Both the position numbers and the translations under genes were made by a program. 64,000 nucleotides of DNA. It comes from an uncultured Desulfobacterales bacterium. Its GTDB lineage: Bacteria; Desulfobacterota; Desulfobacteria; Desulfobacterales; CAJINA01. Each line of letters opens with the position of its first letter. The first letter of the stretch is position 1. Where the stretch lies: positions 14,045-78,044 of the forward strand of contig CAZWPX010000021.1 in the NCBI GenBank assembly GCA_964636125.1. Direction: 5' to 3'. The notes beneath the pieces are model-generated. The model did no database searches and was not told the origin of the DNA. It saw nothing but the letters and a program-made list of their open reading frames with translations. Positions 29,133 through 38,038 of this stretch are shown piece by piece.

Positions 29133-29948
29133 TTATTCGGACCTTAGACCGGAAACAATCTGAAGGGCATGGATCGCTTCAGGAAGTCCCACCTTTTCGT
29201 CTCCGGTGACGTCGCCTCTTTTATACACATACATTTGAACCGGTCCGAGATTGGTCCCCGATACCGTTATCTGTTTTCTTATGGGCGCGAGACCCGGCGA
29301 TGTGATGACCAGGGTATAATCGCCGGGTTGGACATCTGCAAAACTGAAATTACCGTTGCTATCCGATACGGCTGAGTGGGAAGTACCTTCTAATGCAACC
29401 GAAGCGTTCCTGACGCCCAGTCCCGTATGTCCCGCGATATCAGTGACAACGCTGCCGGATATGGATACCTGGATGGTGCCACGCCACTGGGTGATGATCA
29501 CATAGGCAGCATGCGCCTGGGAGTCAAAATTGATCCAGCCGAGCCTTTCTCCCCAGGCCCTGCCGCTGAAAACACCGGTGGCGGGGGTGATCTTTACCCC
29601 GTAATCCGCCGTTGCACAGCTACCGGTATTGCTGCAGGAAAAGCTGATCCAGCCCACATTCTCGCCCCAGGCATAACCGGCGAGATTGCCGTTACCGTCA
29701 TTGGTGATCCCGCTTAGATTTATCCAGCCGCTGCTTGCACTCCAGATATAACCGGTTAAAGCATCATTGCCGACGGTAACAGCGGTATCTGGAGATACCG
29801 CAAAATCGATCCAGCCGGCATTTTCGCTGGAGGCATACTTGTGCCCGTCCATATGGGGATCGATATTCCCGGCATAAGCCGGGGCATTTAAAGTTAAAAT
29901 AAAGAGTGTTGTAATAAACAGTGCCCTTTTCAAAACTCTCTGGATCAT
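29133..29948 (-). CDS. Secreted protein with GWIxF repeats, a CarboxypepD_reg-like domain and a C-terminal single dockerin-like segment
   Basis: Signal peptide LFITTLFILTLNAPAYA. Repeats ENAGWIDF, SSGWINL, ENVGWISF and ERLGWINF. CarboxypepD_reg-like stretch SDSNGNFSFADVQPGDYTLVI. C-terminus GDVTGDEKVGLPEAIHALQIVSGLRSE. Confidence 0.75.
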   Translation of the reverse strand: MIQRVLKRALFITTLFILTLNAPAYAGNIDPHMDGHKYASSENAGWIDFAVSPDTAVTVGNDALTGYIWSASSGWINLSGITNDGNGNLAGYAWGENVGWISFSCSNTGSCATADYGVKITPATGVFSGRAWGERLGWINFDSQAHAAYVIITQWRGTIQVSISGSVVTDIAGHTGLGVRNASVALEGTSHSAVSDSNGNFSFADVQPGDYTLVITSPGLAPIRKQITVSGTNLGPVQMYVYKRGDVTGDEKVGLPEAIHALQIVSGLRSE

Positions 29949-30201
29949 GATAATCCTCCGTAGAAAGGGGTAATGAAATTAAAAGTTTCCAAGATAATAT
30001 TTTTTTTTGCAGGTCGAGAATGAGGTGAGCGTTACAGGGGGCCCGACTGAAGAAAACTGTGTAAAAAGGCTGCCTCAACGGGAGGCTCAGCATAAATGCA
30101 ATTACAGTTCAATTGAGTATGGCTACCTTACCGAGGCCGGACGTCAAGCCTCATTCCCATTCATTCCATTTTATTGCTCAAAAAAATATAGAAACAAAAG
30201 T

Positions 30202-30218
30202 ATACCACAATGTGGTAT
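30202..30218. promoter_or_regulatory. Perfect 8-1-8 palindrome ATACCACAATGTGGTAT, a candidate operator identical to a site upstream of the nap operon
   Basis: Read directly from the sequence. The same 17-mer occurs at 57302-57318. This copy lies about 255 nt upstream of the start of the 29948 gene. Confidence 0.5.
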
Positions 30219-30662
30219 GCGTCAAGTTGGTGGCTTTGTTTTTTATGGCAAAAAAAAAGCGAGAATATCCCCATTGTTTTGGTTTATGAGCTTATGATAT
30301 TCTCATAACTGTCCATCCCGGTACACATTGAATCAGACCGGGAAGAAAATATTGGGGTAACTATTTCTGAAAATATCCGGGCAGGCAGCAAATCAAAATT
30401 TCCCTGAAAGCGTTCTCCCAAGACCACCCCAGGCCGTCATGGCAGGCTGTTTAGGTGTGCCCGAGGCGGTTAACTATGCAAATAATAAAACAATTTAAAG
30501 CGGTCGCGAATATTTACCAAAAGAGGGATTCGCCAATGCGTGGCCGGTTGCGTGCGGTCGCGGGGAGCACCAGTTTGGCGGCTATTGCGGTGGTGCTAAT
30601 TCCCGCGCGACATTGTCTATAAAATTAATGCAGTGTTGTTGTTCGACCGTTAGGCAAAGTGC

Positions 30663-32384
30663 TCAGATCCGGCCTGATCGGGCGATGGATATAATCAGCC
30701 AGATGCCTAACACGGTAGCAATAACGTAGCCGGTAACGCCTAAAAGGGCTGGCAGGGAGATGGTAATCGTAGGCAGGAAGGGCAGCGTGATATCGAATAT
30801 ACCTTTAGGTGCATTCAGGACCAGGGCTCCGGCAACAGTGGAAGCGGCAATGATCATAGCCACAATGAAGCGGTTTAATCCCCGTTCAAAGCGGTCCGTG
30901 GCATCGCTAATGCCGGCATGATAAAGTTCGAACCGACCTTTGCCTGTGGCGATCTGTTTTAACAGGGTAAACAGATACCTTGGCAGGGAACGCACCATGC
31001 CGCCCGTGAAGCGGGCCTGTTTGGCCAGGTCGGCAAAAATCTTTTCAGAATCGTAATTGGTGTGCAAAAGTTCGGCGGCATAGGGTTTGATAACCTGCAA
31101 AATTCCGGCATCAGAGCCCAGAATTTTGCCCAGGCTTTCGGTTTGAATTAAAGTTTTTAACAACAACAGCAGATTGCGGGGGAGCTGGATATGATATTTT
31201 GTGATCAGGCCAATAATTTGGTCATAAACATCTTTAACCGAGATGGTTTGCAGACTACGTCCGTAAAAAGGCTCACTGATCTCTTTTAAATCCGACCGAA
31301 ACTGATTGAGCTGGATATTGGTCTCATCCAGTAAGCCCGCGCCGATCAGGGCTTCCATGACGAGATCATAATCATGGGCGGCATAGCCTAAAAACAGGTG
31401 GGCCAATTGTTCCATTAGCTCCCGATCCAAATGGGAGACAATTCCGAAATCAACCAGCCCAACCCGGCCATCAGGCATGACAATGGTATTGCCGGGATGG
31501 GGATCTGCGTGGATGATACCAAATTCCATTAATTGTTTGGACAGAGAGCGGAGCCCTATCATGGCAATTTTTTTGGGATCAAGATCCATGGCGCGAATAG
31601 CATCCACCTGATCCACTTTTACGCCTTCCACAAACTCCATCACCAGGATGGATTTTGTGGTTAGATCCCAAAAAACTTTGGGAATCTGAATCTCCTTTAT
31701 GTAGTGATAGTGGCGGGCAAATTTATCAATGTTGCCGGCCTCAATGTGCATATCCAATTCATTGAAAATGGTTCGTTCAAACTCCTGGACAATATTGGTC
31801 AAGCCAATCATCCGGGCGGTTTCAAACGCGGATTCCAATCGTTTGGCCAGAAAATACATGACCCGGACGTCGTTGCCGATTTGCTTATGGATACCGGGAC
31901 GAATGATCTTCACAGCTACTTTTTGGCCGGAGGCCAAAGTCGCAGCATGCACCTGGGCCACTGAGGCCGCAGCAATAGGTTTTTCAGTAAAATCCGTAAA
32001 AATCTCTTTTACAGGCTTATTATAGGCGGCATCCAGGCGGGGTTTGACTTGGTCATAAGAAAGCGCCGGAACCTGATCCTGTAATTTTTGTAGTTCAAGG
32101 ATATAGGGCTCTGGTAAAATATCGGCCCGTGAGGAGAGAAGCTGCCCGAGCTTTATAAAACTTGGCCCCAGTTCCTGAAAGGCAAGACGCAAGCGCAACG
32201 CTTTATTCGCAACGGGTGCTTTTATGGGATCATCAGCAATGCTTGCCAATTCAGCATCAGCCAACAGTGCGGATTTGGATAGTATGGCCCCAAAGCCATG
32301 GCGAATGAGAACTCTGGTGATCTCACTAAATCGCTTTACGCCTGAAAATCCCAGGCCAGTATCAAGTGCGGATGAATGAATCAC
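30663..32384 (-). CDS. ABC1/UbiB-family atypical protein kinase with C-terminal TM helices
   Basis: Motifs ELGPSFIKLGQLLSSRADILP, IAAASVAQVHAATLASGQKVAVKIIRPGI, HADPHPGN and VDFG. Confidence 0.85.
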   Translation of the reverse strand: MIHSSALDTGLGFSGVKRFSEITRVLIRHGFGAILSKSALLADAELASIADDPIKAPVANKALRLRLAFQELGPSFIKLGQLLSSRADILPEPYILELQKLQDQVPALSYDQVKPRLDAAYNKPVKEIFTDFTEKPIAAASVAQVHAATLASGQKVAVKIIRPGIHKQIGNDVRVMYFLAKRLESAFETARMIGLTNIVQEFERTIFNELDMHIEAGNIDKFARHYHYIKEIQIPKVFWDLTTKSILVMEFVEGVKVDQVDAIRAMDLDPKKIAMIGLRSLSKQLMEFGIIHADPHPGNTIVMPDGRVGLVDFGIVSHLDRELMEQLAHLFLGYAAHDYDLVMEALIGAGLLDETNIQLNQFRSDLKEISEPFYGRSLQTISVKDVYDQIIGLITKYHIQLPRNLLLLLKTLIQTESLGKILGSDAGILQVIKPYAAELLHTNYDSEKIFADLAKQARFTGGMVRSLPRYLFTLLKQIATGKGRFELYHAGISDATDRFERGLNRFIVAMIIAASTVAGALVLNAPKGIFDITLPFLPTITISLPALLGVTGYVIATVLGIWLIISIARSGRI

Positions 32385-32389
32385 CTATT

Positions 32390-32614
32390 TTAGTCCACCT
32401 TTTCCCATTTAACAAAGATCTCTTTCAATTTGGAGGGCTCAGCCACATACGACTCTACATATCCACATTCAATGCACACATAATTATCCAGTGCTGCAAT
32501 GGAAGTCAGACTGACCGGGATAGAGTTACTGCCAAAGGGCCCTGATTTCAATTGAATATCTTTTCCGCAAAACACATCCTCGGCACCACATTTAGGGCAT
32601 TTTCCGTCCTTCAT
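32390..32614 (-). CDS. Small zinc-ribbon protein (74 aa)
   Basis: CPKCGAEDV ... CIECGYVE. The gene ends 5 nt upstream of the UbiB-like gene, so the two probably form an operon. Confidence 0.6.
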   Translation of the reverse strand: MKDGKCPKCGAEDVFCGKDIQLKSGPFGSNSIPVSLTSIAALDNYVCIECGYVESYVAEPSKLKEIFVKWEKVD

Positions 32615-33001
32615 TTTTTTCTCCTTTTTTGCCTTTTTAGTTGTGTATGCTTGATCAAGCGTCTTTGAATTCAGTTTTATAGTTTTAATAGGGTCTAAAA
32701 CAAGCAGATTTTTTAAAAATAGTAAAGATGACTCTTTAAAAACCTGTGAAGTTATTTTTGTGCGAGCCCTGAGTGCTTTCAGATGGCATTTTACGCTGAT
32801 GGATTGTATAGAAAGGGCAAACGTTGATTACCGGGGCCGGGTTTGCCTTCCAGATTGCGGGGTGGGGCGGGGTGGTAGGCTTTGTTATGTGTTTCCTGAT
32901 TGTTCCCTTCGCCACAGGGTATCTTGAAAAGGTGAAGCCATCTCCTTAGGTATGTGTTTCCGGGTGCCCCCTGCGACCTGCACTGCAAGCCCTGAAGGTT
33001 T

Positions 33002-33427
33002 TTAGCAGGCCAGTTGCTCCCTTTGCAGGTAGCGGACATAGATGTCCCCTTTCCGGTATCTGCCCTTGAGCCAGGATGCCCGTGTGTCGAAGCTGAACAT
33101 GTCCCAGGACCAAATGACCCTGTCTTCGTCCAATTGAACCCAATCCCGGGTTTTCTGGATGCCGTATTTTTCCAAGTCGTTCCTGGCCTGCCTCAGCGCA
33201 TCTCCCCGCCGGTGAACAACCATGATATGATCATTCTGCCAGCCCTGGTGTTTCTCAAGAAATGCCTTGTGCCCCCCGGGGTACTTTGCATCAATGGCAG
33301 TTACCCGGCATACAAGCGTGTTGAAGCAGCAAACGATTTCCATGTTGGCTCTGTCGATTGCAACATTGTCTAAAAAGGATCGGCCTGAATCTTCTGGAAC
33401 GGCCTCGGAGCCGGGGTAGGGTCCCAT
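33002..33427 (-). CDS. Hypothetical protein (141 aa)
   Basis: Internal start MGPYPGSE preceded by AAAGGAGGTACG. No motif recognised. Confidence 0.5.
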   Translation of the reverse strand: MGPYPGSEAVPEDSGRSFLDNVAIDRANMEIVCCFNTLVCRVTAIDAKYPGGHKAFLEKHQGWQNDHIMVVHRRGDALRQARNDLEKYGIQKTRDWVQLDEDRVIWSWDMFSFDTRASWLKGRYRKGDIYVRYLQREQLAC

Positions 33428-33547
33428 CGTACCTCCTTTGGTAAATGTTAAAGAACGCACAATATGTTGTGGGAATAAAGTTTATTACCACAATATAACG
33501 GGTGGGTCAACAGCCAAATGGGCGGTCCGTCCGGGTGGCCGTCCACC

Positions 33548-33579
33548 AAATGAAAGAGCGGTTCCTGGGGGAACCGCTC
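33548..33579 (-). terminator. Rho-independent terminator (read on the - strand)
   Basis: On the - strand: GAGCGGTTCC, loop CCCA, GGAACCGCTC, followed by TTTCATTT. Confidence 0.5.
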
Positions 33580-33905
33580 CGTATTCAAGAAGAATTTATC
33601 GGATCTGAATGGTATCATCAAGTGTGACAGGAAAATTTTTCCATAATGATTTCAATCCGATCAATGCCTGTGCCTTCACCGACAAAATTCCCCCGGTCTT
33701 TTGTCATGCCTTTGGCCAGGTCCTGTTTCACCATAGCCATTAGGTTTTAGAAAAAATTGAACTTGATGAAATTCTAACAGCTATGGTTGGATACGTGGCG
33801 GCTTGCTTGTAAACAGACGGGTACTGGAACTCGGAACGAAGCGTACTCCGGTACAATCAAAGCGGGTGCGGGTGAGCGGGATATCGGTCAACTGCGAACA
33901 GCTGC

Positions 33906-34181
33906 TCAAGCGGTCTTTTGTCGGGTGTAAACGTGTGGAAACTGTGTCGCGGTGCAGTCTGTACAAACATCAACCAAGAAATCGGTATCCGCATCCTTGT
34001 GCTGCGAGGCTTTAATCCAGCCCTGCTGGCCGCCGCAGAGCCTTTCACAGAAGACACAGACTGTGATGTCTCGGCTGCGCCTGTCGTGTAATTTTCTTCT
34101 TTCAGGACCCGTGTATGTGGAAGCGCCGTCCTGCCTGCGGTCACGATATGCACGTCTGTCCAAGATTGTTCCCTGGTTCAT
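33906..34181 (-). CDS. Small Arg-rich, Cys-containing hypothetical protein (91 aa)
   Basis: Start MNQGTIL after GGAAGGAGGCATCG. DRR/ERR repeats (DRRAYRDRRQD, PERRKLHDRRSRD) and the Cys motifs CVFCERLC and CTDC. Confidence 0.5.
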   Translation of the reverse strand: MNQGTILDRRAYRDRRQDGASTYTGPERRKLHDRRSRDITVCVFCERLCGGQQGWIKASQHKDADTDFLVDVCTDCTATQFPHVYTRQKTA

Positions 34182-34377
34182 CGATGCCTCCTTCCGCGAG
34201 GTGAACACAAAAATAGGCGTCTATCCTATTGGTGGCACCCCATGATATGATATGTGAGTCCCACAGCGAATGGGGCGGTAATATAGAAAATCCCCGCCGC
34301 ATGCTGGCGTGATATCGATCTGCCTTCTGCGGGTATCAGTAATCTCTGGAAGCTGGCAGAGCTAAATACCTTGAGGC

Positions 34378-34554
34378 TCACCAGGCCTTTAGCTCTTTGA
34401 AGATCCGGATACGGTAGAAGTAGCAATTGCACCCATGGCAGTAGTAGTATCTTGAGGTTGGAAACAGGCGCATCCAAAACTTTCGTTTAATCCGGATCAC
34501 ATCCTGCCGGTCATGGCACTTCGGACAACAGCGGTCCGATGAAAACCTTATCAT
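34378..34554 (-). CDS. Small zinc-ribbon protein (58 aa, below the track cutoff)
   Basis: My own translation is MIRFSSDRCCPKCHDRQDVIRIKRKFWMRLFPTSRYYYCHGCNCYFYRIRIFKELKAW. It has CPKC...CHGC pairs, and GAGGAAA lies upstream of the ATG. Confidence 0.35.
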   Translation of the reverse strand: MIRFSSDRCCPKCHDRQDVIRIKRKFWMRLFPTSRYYYCHGCNCYFYRIRIFKELKAW

Positions 34555-34838
34555 GAATCGTTTTCCTCATGCATATTGAACAGAAGTGCGGAACACCAGT
34601 TTCGCCCTGGCGTCAATGTTTTTCTGGCTGAGTCTCCATCTGTAGACCTTACTTATTATATGAACATGTGCAAAAAAAACAAGGCCCAAAAAGGACACAA
34701 AAAAGGCCTATATAAAATAGTTCCGAAAATTCGAAGTGGACTCAATCTTCCGGTTAAGACCAGCTATGTGGCTAATTTCAGCCAGGAAAAACAGATTGTA
34801 ATTTTTGGGAGTTGAAACTCAGGCCTGGTAAAGCGGGT

Positions 34839-35117
34839 CTAATCATGGCGCATGATAAAGCCGATCCCAGCCAGGATGGCCACGCCGATTCCCAATCCGA
34901 AGTAAATAAAAGCAACCGTATCCGATTCTCCCATCATCTGGACGACCATCTCCCGATTAAGAAAATAGCCCCAGTAGAGAGCAAATATATAGTTCACGAG
35001 AAGCGCTATCTTAACTTTGCTGAAAAGGAGAGACAGCGTGGTGAGAATAAGCAACAACACCAGTTGGGATAAGGGTATTGTAATCTCGATTGCAGAGAAG
35101 TATTCCAACATTTCCAT
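34839..35117 (-). CDS. Small integral membrane protein (92 aa, about 3 TM helices)
   Basis: Hydrophobic segments IPLSQLVLLLILTTLSLLF, IALLVNYIFALYWGYF and VAFIYFGLGIGVAILAGIGFI. Confidence 0.5.
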   Translation of the reverse strand: MEMLEYFSAIEITIPLSQLVLLLILTTLSLLFSKVKIALLVNYIFALYWGYFLNREMVVQMMGESDTVAFIYFGLGIGVAILAGIGFIMRHD

Positions 35118-35448
35118 AGCGTCCCCCGGTGAATATCAAGTGTGGATATAGGTGGCTTTGCGATTTAAATGCCTGTTCTATTAAAAACATTTAATTGAAA
35201 AAATCGCAAGCTTTCGTAATCGTTCCGGTTAAAAACTTTCACCGGATCTGACAGACGCGCCCCAATGTTTTAGTTGCCAGGCGGTATAGATGCCTGTTAA
35301 GCATCACCGGCTGCACAGGCGTCGAAAAACTTGACAACTGCAATTCGTCCTTTAAGCTTTGCAGCATGTGCGGGATTGAATGGGACTCGCGGGCCCATTT
35401 TTTAGAGGATGCTGATATTGATTGGCAGAAAAGAGGGAGTTCGCCAGA

Positions 35449-35676
35449 ATGAAACGTATCCTGTCCGGATTGGAGCAGTTAAATTGGGGAATTGTTGTCG
35501 TCCTGTGCGCAACCCTGGGGCTGGCGCCGTTTACGCCGCCCCATGTTGTCGAAAAATTGTCCATGCTTGTCAGGGGCGACTTGATAAAACCGGTCGATTG
35601 GTTCGATCTGGTTTTCCACGGGTTCCCATGGGTCCTTTGTATTCTGAAGCTTGGCGTGCAGGTCAGGAGCGCATGA
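35449..35676 (+). CDS. Small membrane protein (75 aa)
   Basis: Start MKRILSGLEQLNWGIVVVLCATLGLAPFTPPH after GAGGGAG. The 3' end overlaps the convergent cNMP-binding gene by 14 nt. Confidence 0.45.
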   Translation: MKRILSGLEQLNWGIVVVLCATLGLAPFTPPHVVEKLSMLVRGDLIKPVDWFDLVFHGFPWVLCILKLGVQVRSA

Positions 35677-36115
35677 GTCGGGATATCTTCATGATGGCTT
35701 CATTCATGTGGTCCAGCCGCTGTATGAGCAGTTCGATCATGTAGTCCTTAATTTTGTTGCTTATCTCCGGGCTGATACTGTCAAAAAAATCGCAGTCCAT
35801 TGTTATGACAGTGACGTCTTCTTTGGCGACCACATTGCTTTGCCGTGGTTTTCCCGATACCCATGACATTTCGCCGAAAAGTTCTCCCGGGCTCAGTTTG
35901 GACAGTCTGATATTGGCGCCGTCCTGTTTTTTGGTGATCACACAGCCGCCCTTGATTAATATAAAGAGCGTCGTGGAAAGATCACCCTCTGTGATCAGGT
36001 GGTCATCTTTTTCATAGTGTTCTATGGGCAGGTTCAATTCGGAAAACGACTGGATTTCTTCATCGGTGAAGTGTTTGAACAAAGGGACATCTTTGATCAT
36101 CTCATAAAGCGACAT
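35663..36115 (-). CDS. Cyclic nucleotide-binding domain protein
   Basis: The cNMP-binding signature GELFGEMSWVSGKPRQSNVVA follows a beta-roll segment (TLFILIKGGCVI). RBS AAAGGA. Confidence 0.8.
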   Translation of the reverse strand: MSLYEMIKDVPLFKHFTDEEIQSFSELNLPIEHYEKDDHLITEGDLSTTLFILIKGGCVITKKQDGANIRLSKLSPGELFGEMSWVSGKPRQSNVVAKEDVTVITMDCDFFDSISPEISNKIKDYMIELLIQRLDHMNEAIMKISRLMRS

Positions 36116-36285
36116 CGTTATATCCTTTCCGGTTTAAGGTGGGGGCCCGCACACGCATCCAATCTATACAATATAGTTTCTTAAACCGCCATAACAAATT
36201 TTATGGCGAGTGTCTTGTGGACCTCCATATTTCCGAATCCCGAAATCACAGTTAAAAAATATCAACCTGTGAGGGATTGCGCCTT

Positions 36286-36759
36286 TCAATCTACCGCATG
36301 TGAGCCGCTTTGCAGCTCGACTTTACCACCGGCGGCTTCCGCACCCGGTTCCAGGACCATCAGGCGGACCCGCCCGGCAGCCACCAGGCGACCTTCATCA
36401 TCACGGATGCCGGCTTCCCATACCTGCGACCGGTTTCCCAGAACAAGCGGTCGGGCTGTCCCGCGTAGATGCCCGGAGCGGACGGCTCTTAGAAAAGAGG
36501 TCGTGTTTTCCAGGCCCACAGTGGTCTTGCCTGTCTCCCATACCGTGAGGGCTGCGCCGGTTGAGCAAAGGGTCTCGACCATACTGGCGTACAAGCCGCC
36601 ATGAACCAGCCCATAGGGCTGCAGATGGCTGTCTCTGATTTCAATTTCCGCTTCGTACACAGCGGGTGTTGCCTTGGTGAAACGCAATCCCAGAGCATTA
36701 TTAAACCCCCCGAGGTTTGCATTAATCAGCTCGATTGCATTTTCAGGCAGGTGATCCAT
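36286..36759 (-). CDS. Hotdog-fold (PaaI-type) thioesterase
   Basis: Motif GLVHGGLYASMVETLCSTGA. RBS AAGGAG. The gene lies 21 nt downstream of the GT2 gene. Confidence 0.8.
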   Translation of the reverse strand: MDHLPENAIELINANLGGFNNALGLRFTKATPAVYEAEIEIRDSHLQPYGLVHGGLYASMVETLCSTGAALTVWETGKTTVGLENTTSFLRAVRSGHLRGTARPLVLGNRSQVWEAGIRDDEGRLVAAGRVRLMVLEPGAEAAGGKVELQSGSHAVD

Positions 36760-36780
36760 GGGCTGCGGCTCCTTGATTTT

Positions 36781-37845
36781 TTATTTCTGCCAGGTCGGCG
36801 CCAATGTATCAACAATCAGGAAATAGGGCGCGAGGACCATCATAAACCAGAAGAAGGATACAAATGCGGTGATCGTATCGCCCACCGGGTGGTTGGTGAG
36901 GGGCCAGAAATACCGATCATGGAATTTTAAAAAAGGATGTCTCTTTTTTTTCTCCGAAGTCCGGAGCAACACATCAAAAAAATAAAACATCTGCCAGGAG
37001 TTTCGGCGTATGTAACGTCCAATGTGAAACCAGGCCCGAACCGTTCCGAAAAATCCCAGATCATACACGAACATTCTGACGGCAGCCCCAAAGTAGGGTT
37101 TCAGCAGCAGGTGCCTGCTGTCTGCCTGGGGCGCATAAATGGTTTTTGCCCTGGCAAAAAACTCGGTGTAGCCGGTGCTGTACAGGGCCATAAGCATGCT
37201 CATGAGAATATGCAGACGGTGGGCACCCGCCACCTCAAATCGCCGGCCGGATGTATATAACAGACCGGGAAGGGTGAGCCATCTGCCCTGGGCCCTGATT
37301 TTTTCAGCCAGCTTCTGGTCCTCCAGGAAGTGCTGGGTTTCATCGAAACCGCCCAGGACCTTGAAAAAGGAGCGTTTCAATAAGAATCCCTGGTCCCCGT
37401 TGGTGGTGTTCACCCGGTTGAAATGGGTCTTTCCTTCGGTATACCGGAAGGTCATGGCATTTTTCCGGTTCGAACGGCTGAATTTCAAGGGAAAATGACC
37501 GGCGATTGTTTCAGTACGGCCGGCGGCCAGTGTCGTTTGCCAATACCGCAGGGCGTTGACCAGCAGGCAGGGATCTTTGATCCTGGAATCGGCGTGTAAA
37601 AAAAGCAGTGCATCGCCTGAAGATTCTCTAAAACCCGCATTGAGCTGCCGGGCGCGGCCACGCGGTGCGGATACAACTGTGGGGCCAAAGGGGCGGCAGC
37701 GTGCCAGGGTGTGATCCGTGGAGCCGCCATCAGCTACAATTATTTCCAGTTCTGTTACCCGCTGGGCTTGCAGGTCTGCCAGCAGGTACGGCAAATGCGT
37801 CTCTTCATTTAAAGTGGGGATGATAATCGAGAGTTTAGTTGCCAT
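36781..37845 (-). CDS. Family 2 glycosyltransferase with a C-terminal membrane extension
   Basis: Motifs LSIIIPTLNEE, IIVADGGSTD and LFLHADS, followed by hydrophobic C-terminal segments. Confidence 0.85.
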   Translation of the reverse strand: MATKLSIIIPTLNEETHLPYLLADLQAQRVTELEIIVADGGSTDHTLARCRPFGPTVVSAPRGRARQLNAGFRESSGDALLFLHADSRIKDPCLLVNALRYWQTTLAAGRTETIAGHFPLKFSRSNRKNAMTFRYTEGKTHFNRVNTTNGDQGFLLKRSFFKVLGGFDETQHFLEDQKLAEKIRAQGRWLTLPGLLYTSGRRFEVAGAHRLHILMSMLMALYSTGYTEFFARAKTIYAPQADSRHLLLKPYFGAAVRMFVYDLGFFGTVRAWFHIGRYIRRNSWQMFYFFDVLLRTSEKKKRHPFLKFHDRYFWPLTNHPVGDTITAFVSFFWFMMVLAPYFLIVDTLAPTWQK

Positions 37846-38038
37846 TTTTGCTATACGCCATTTCTATCCTTGCGGTATACAACCAAAGTATAGCAGGTTT
37901 GACGGGCGCAAACAACGTTAGCCTGACAGTTTCGGTCGCACGATACCGGGAGATGATGACGCCGATTGAAAAGGCTGCGGCCTGCAAGCCACCCTGAGTT
38001 GGTGTGTGTCTACACGGAGAAGGAGCACTCTCTGAAAA

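Noticed and set aside
30202-30218. Assigning the palindrome half-site TACCACA to NarL/NarP (TACYYMT heptamers, 7-2-7)
   Set aside because: Only 5 of 7 positions match and the spacing is 7-1-7. No NarL/NarP-type regulator is visible in the window, so the assignment would be guesswork.
33618-33740. A 40-aa - strand ORF (MAMVKQDLAKGMTKDRGNFVGEGTGIDRIEIIMEKFSCHT) just upstream of the terminator hairpin
   Set aside because: There is no recognisable RBS before either ATG and I recognised no family. It may be a gene stub or a leader peptide, but support is insufficient.
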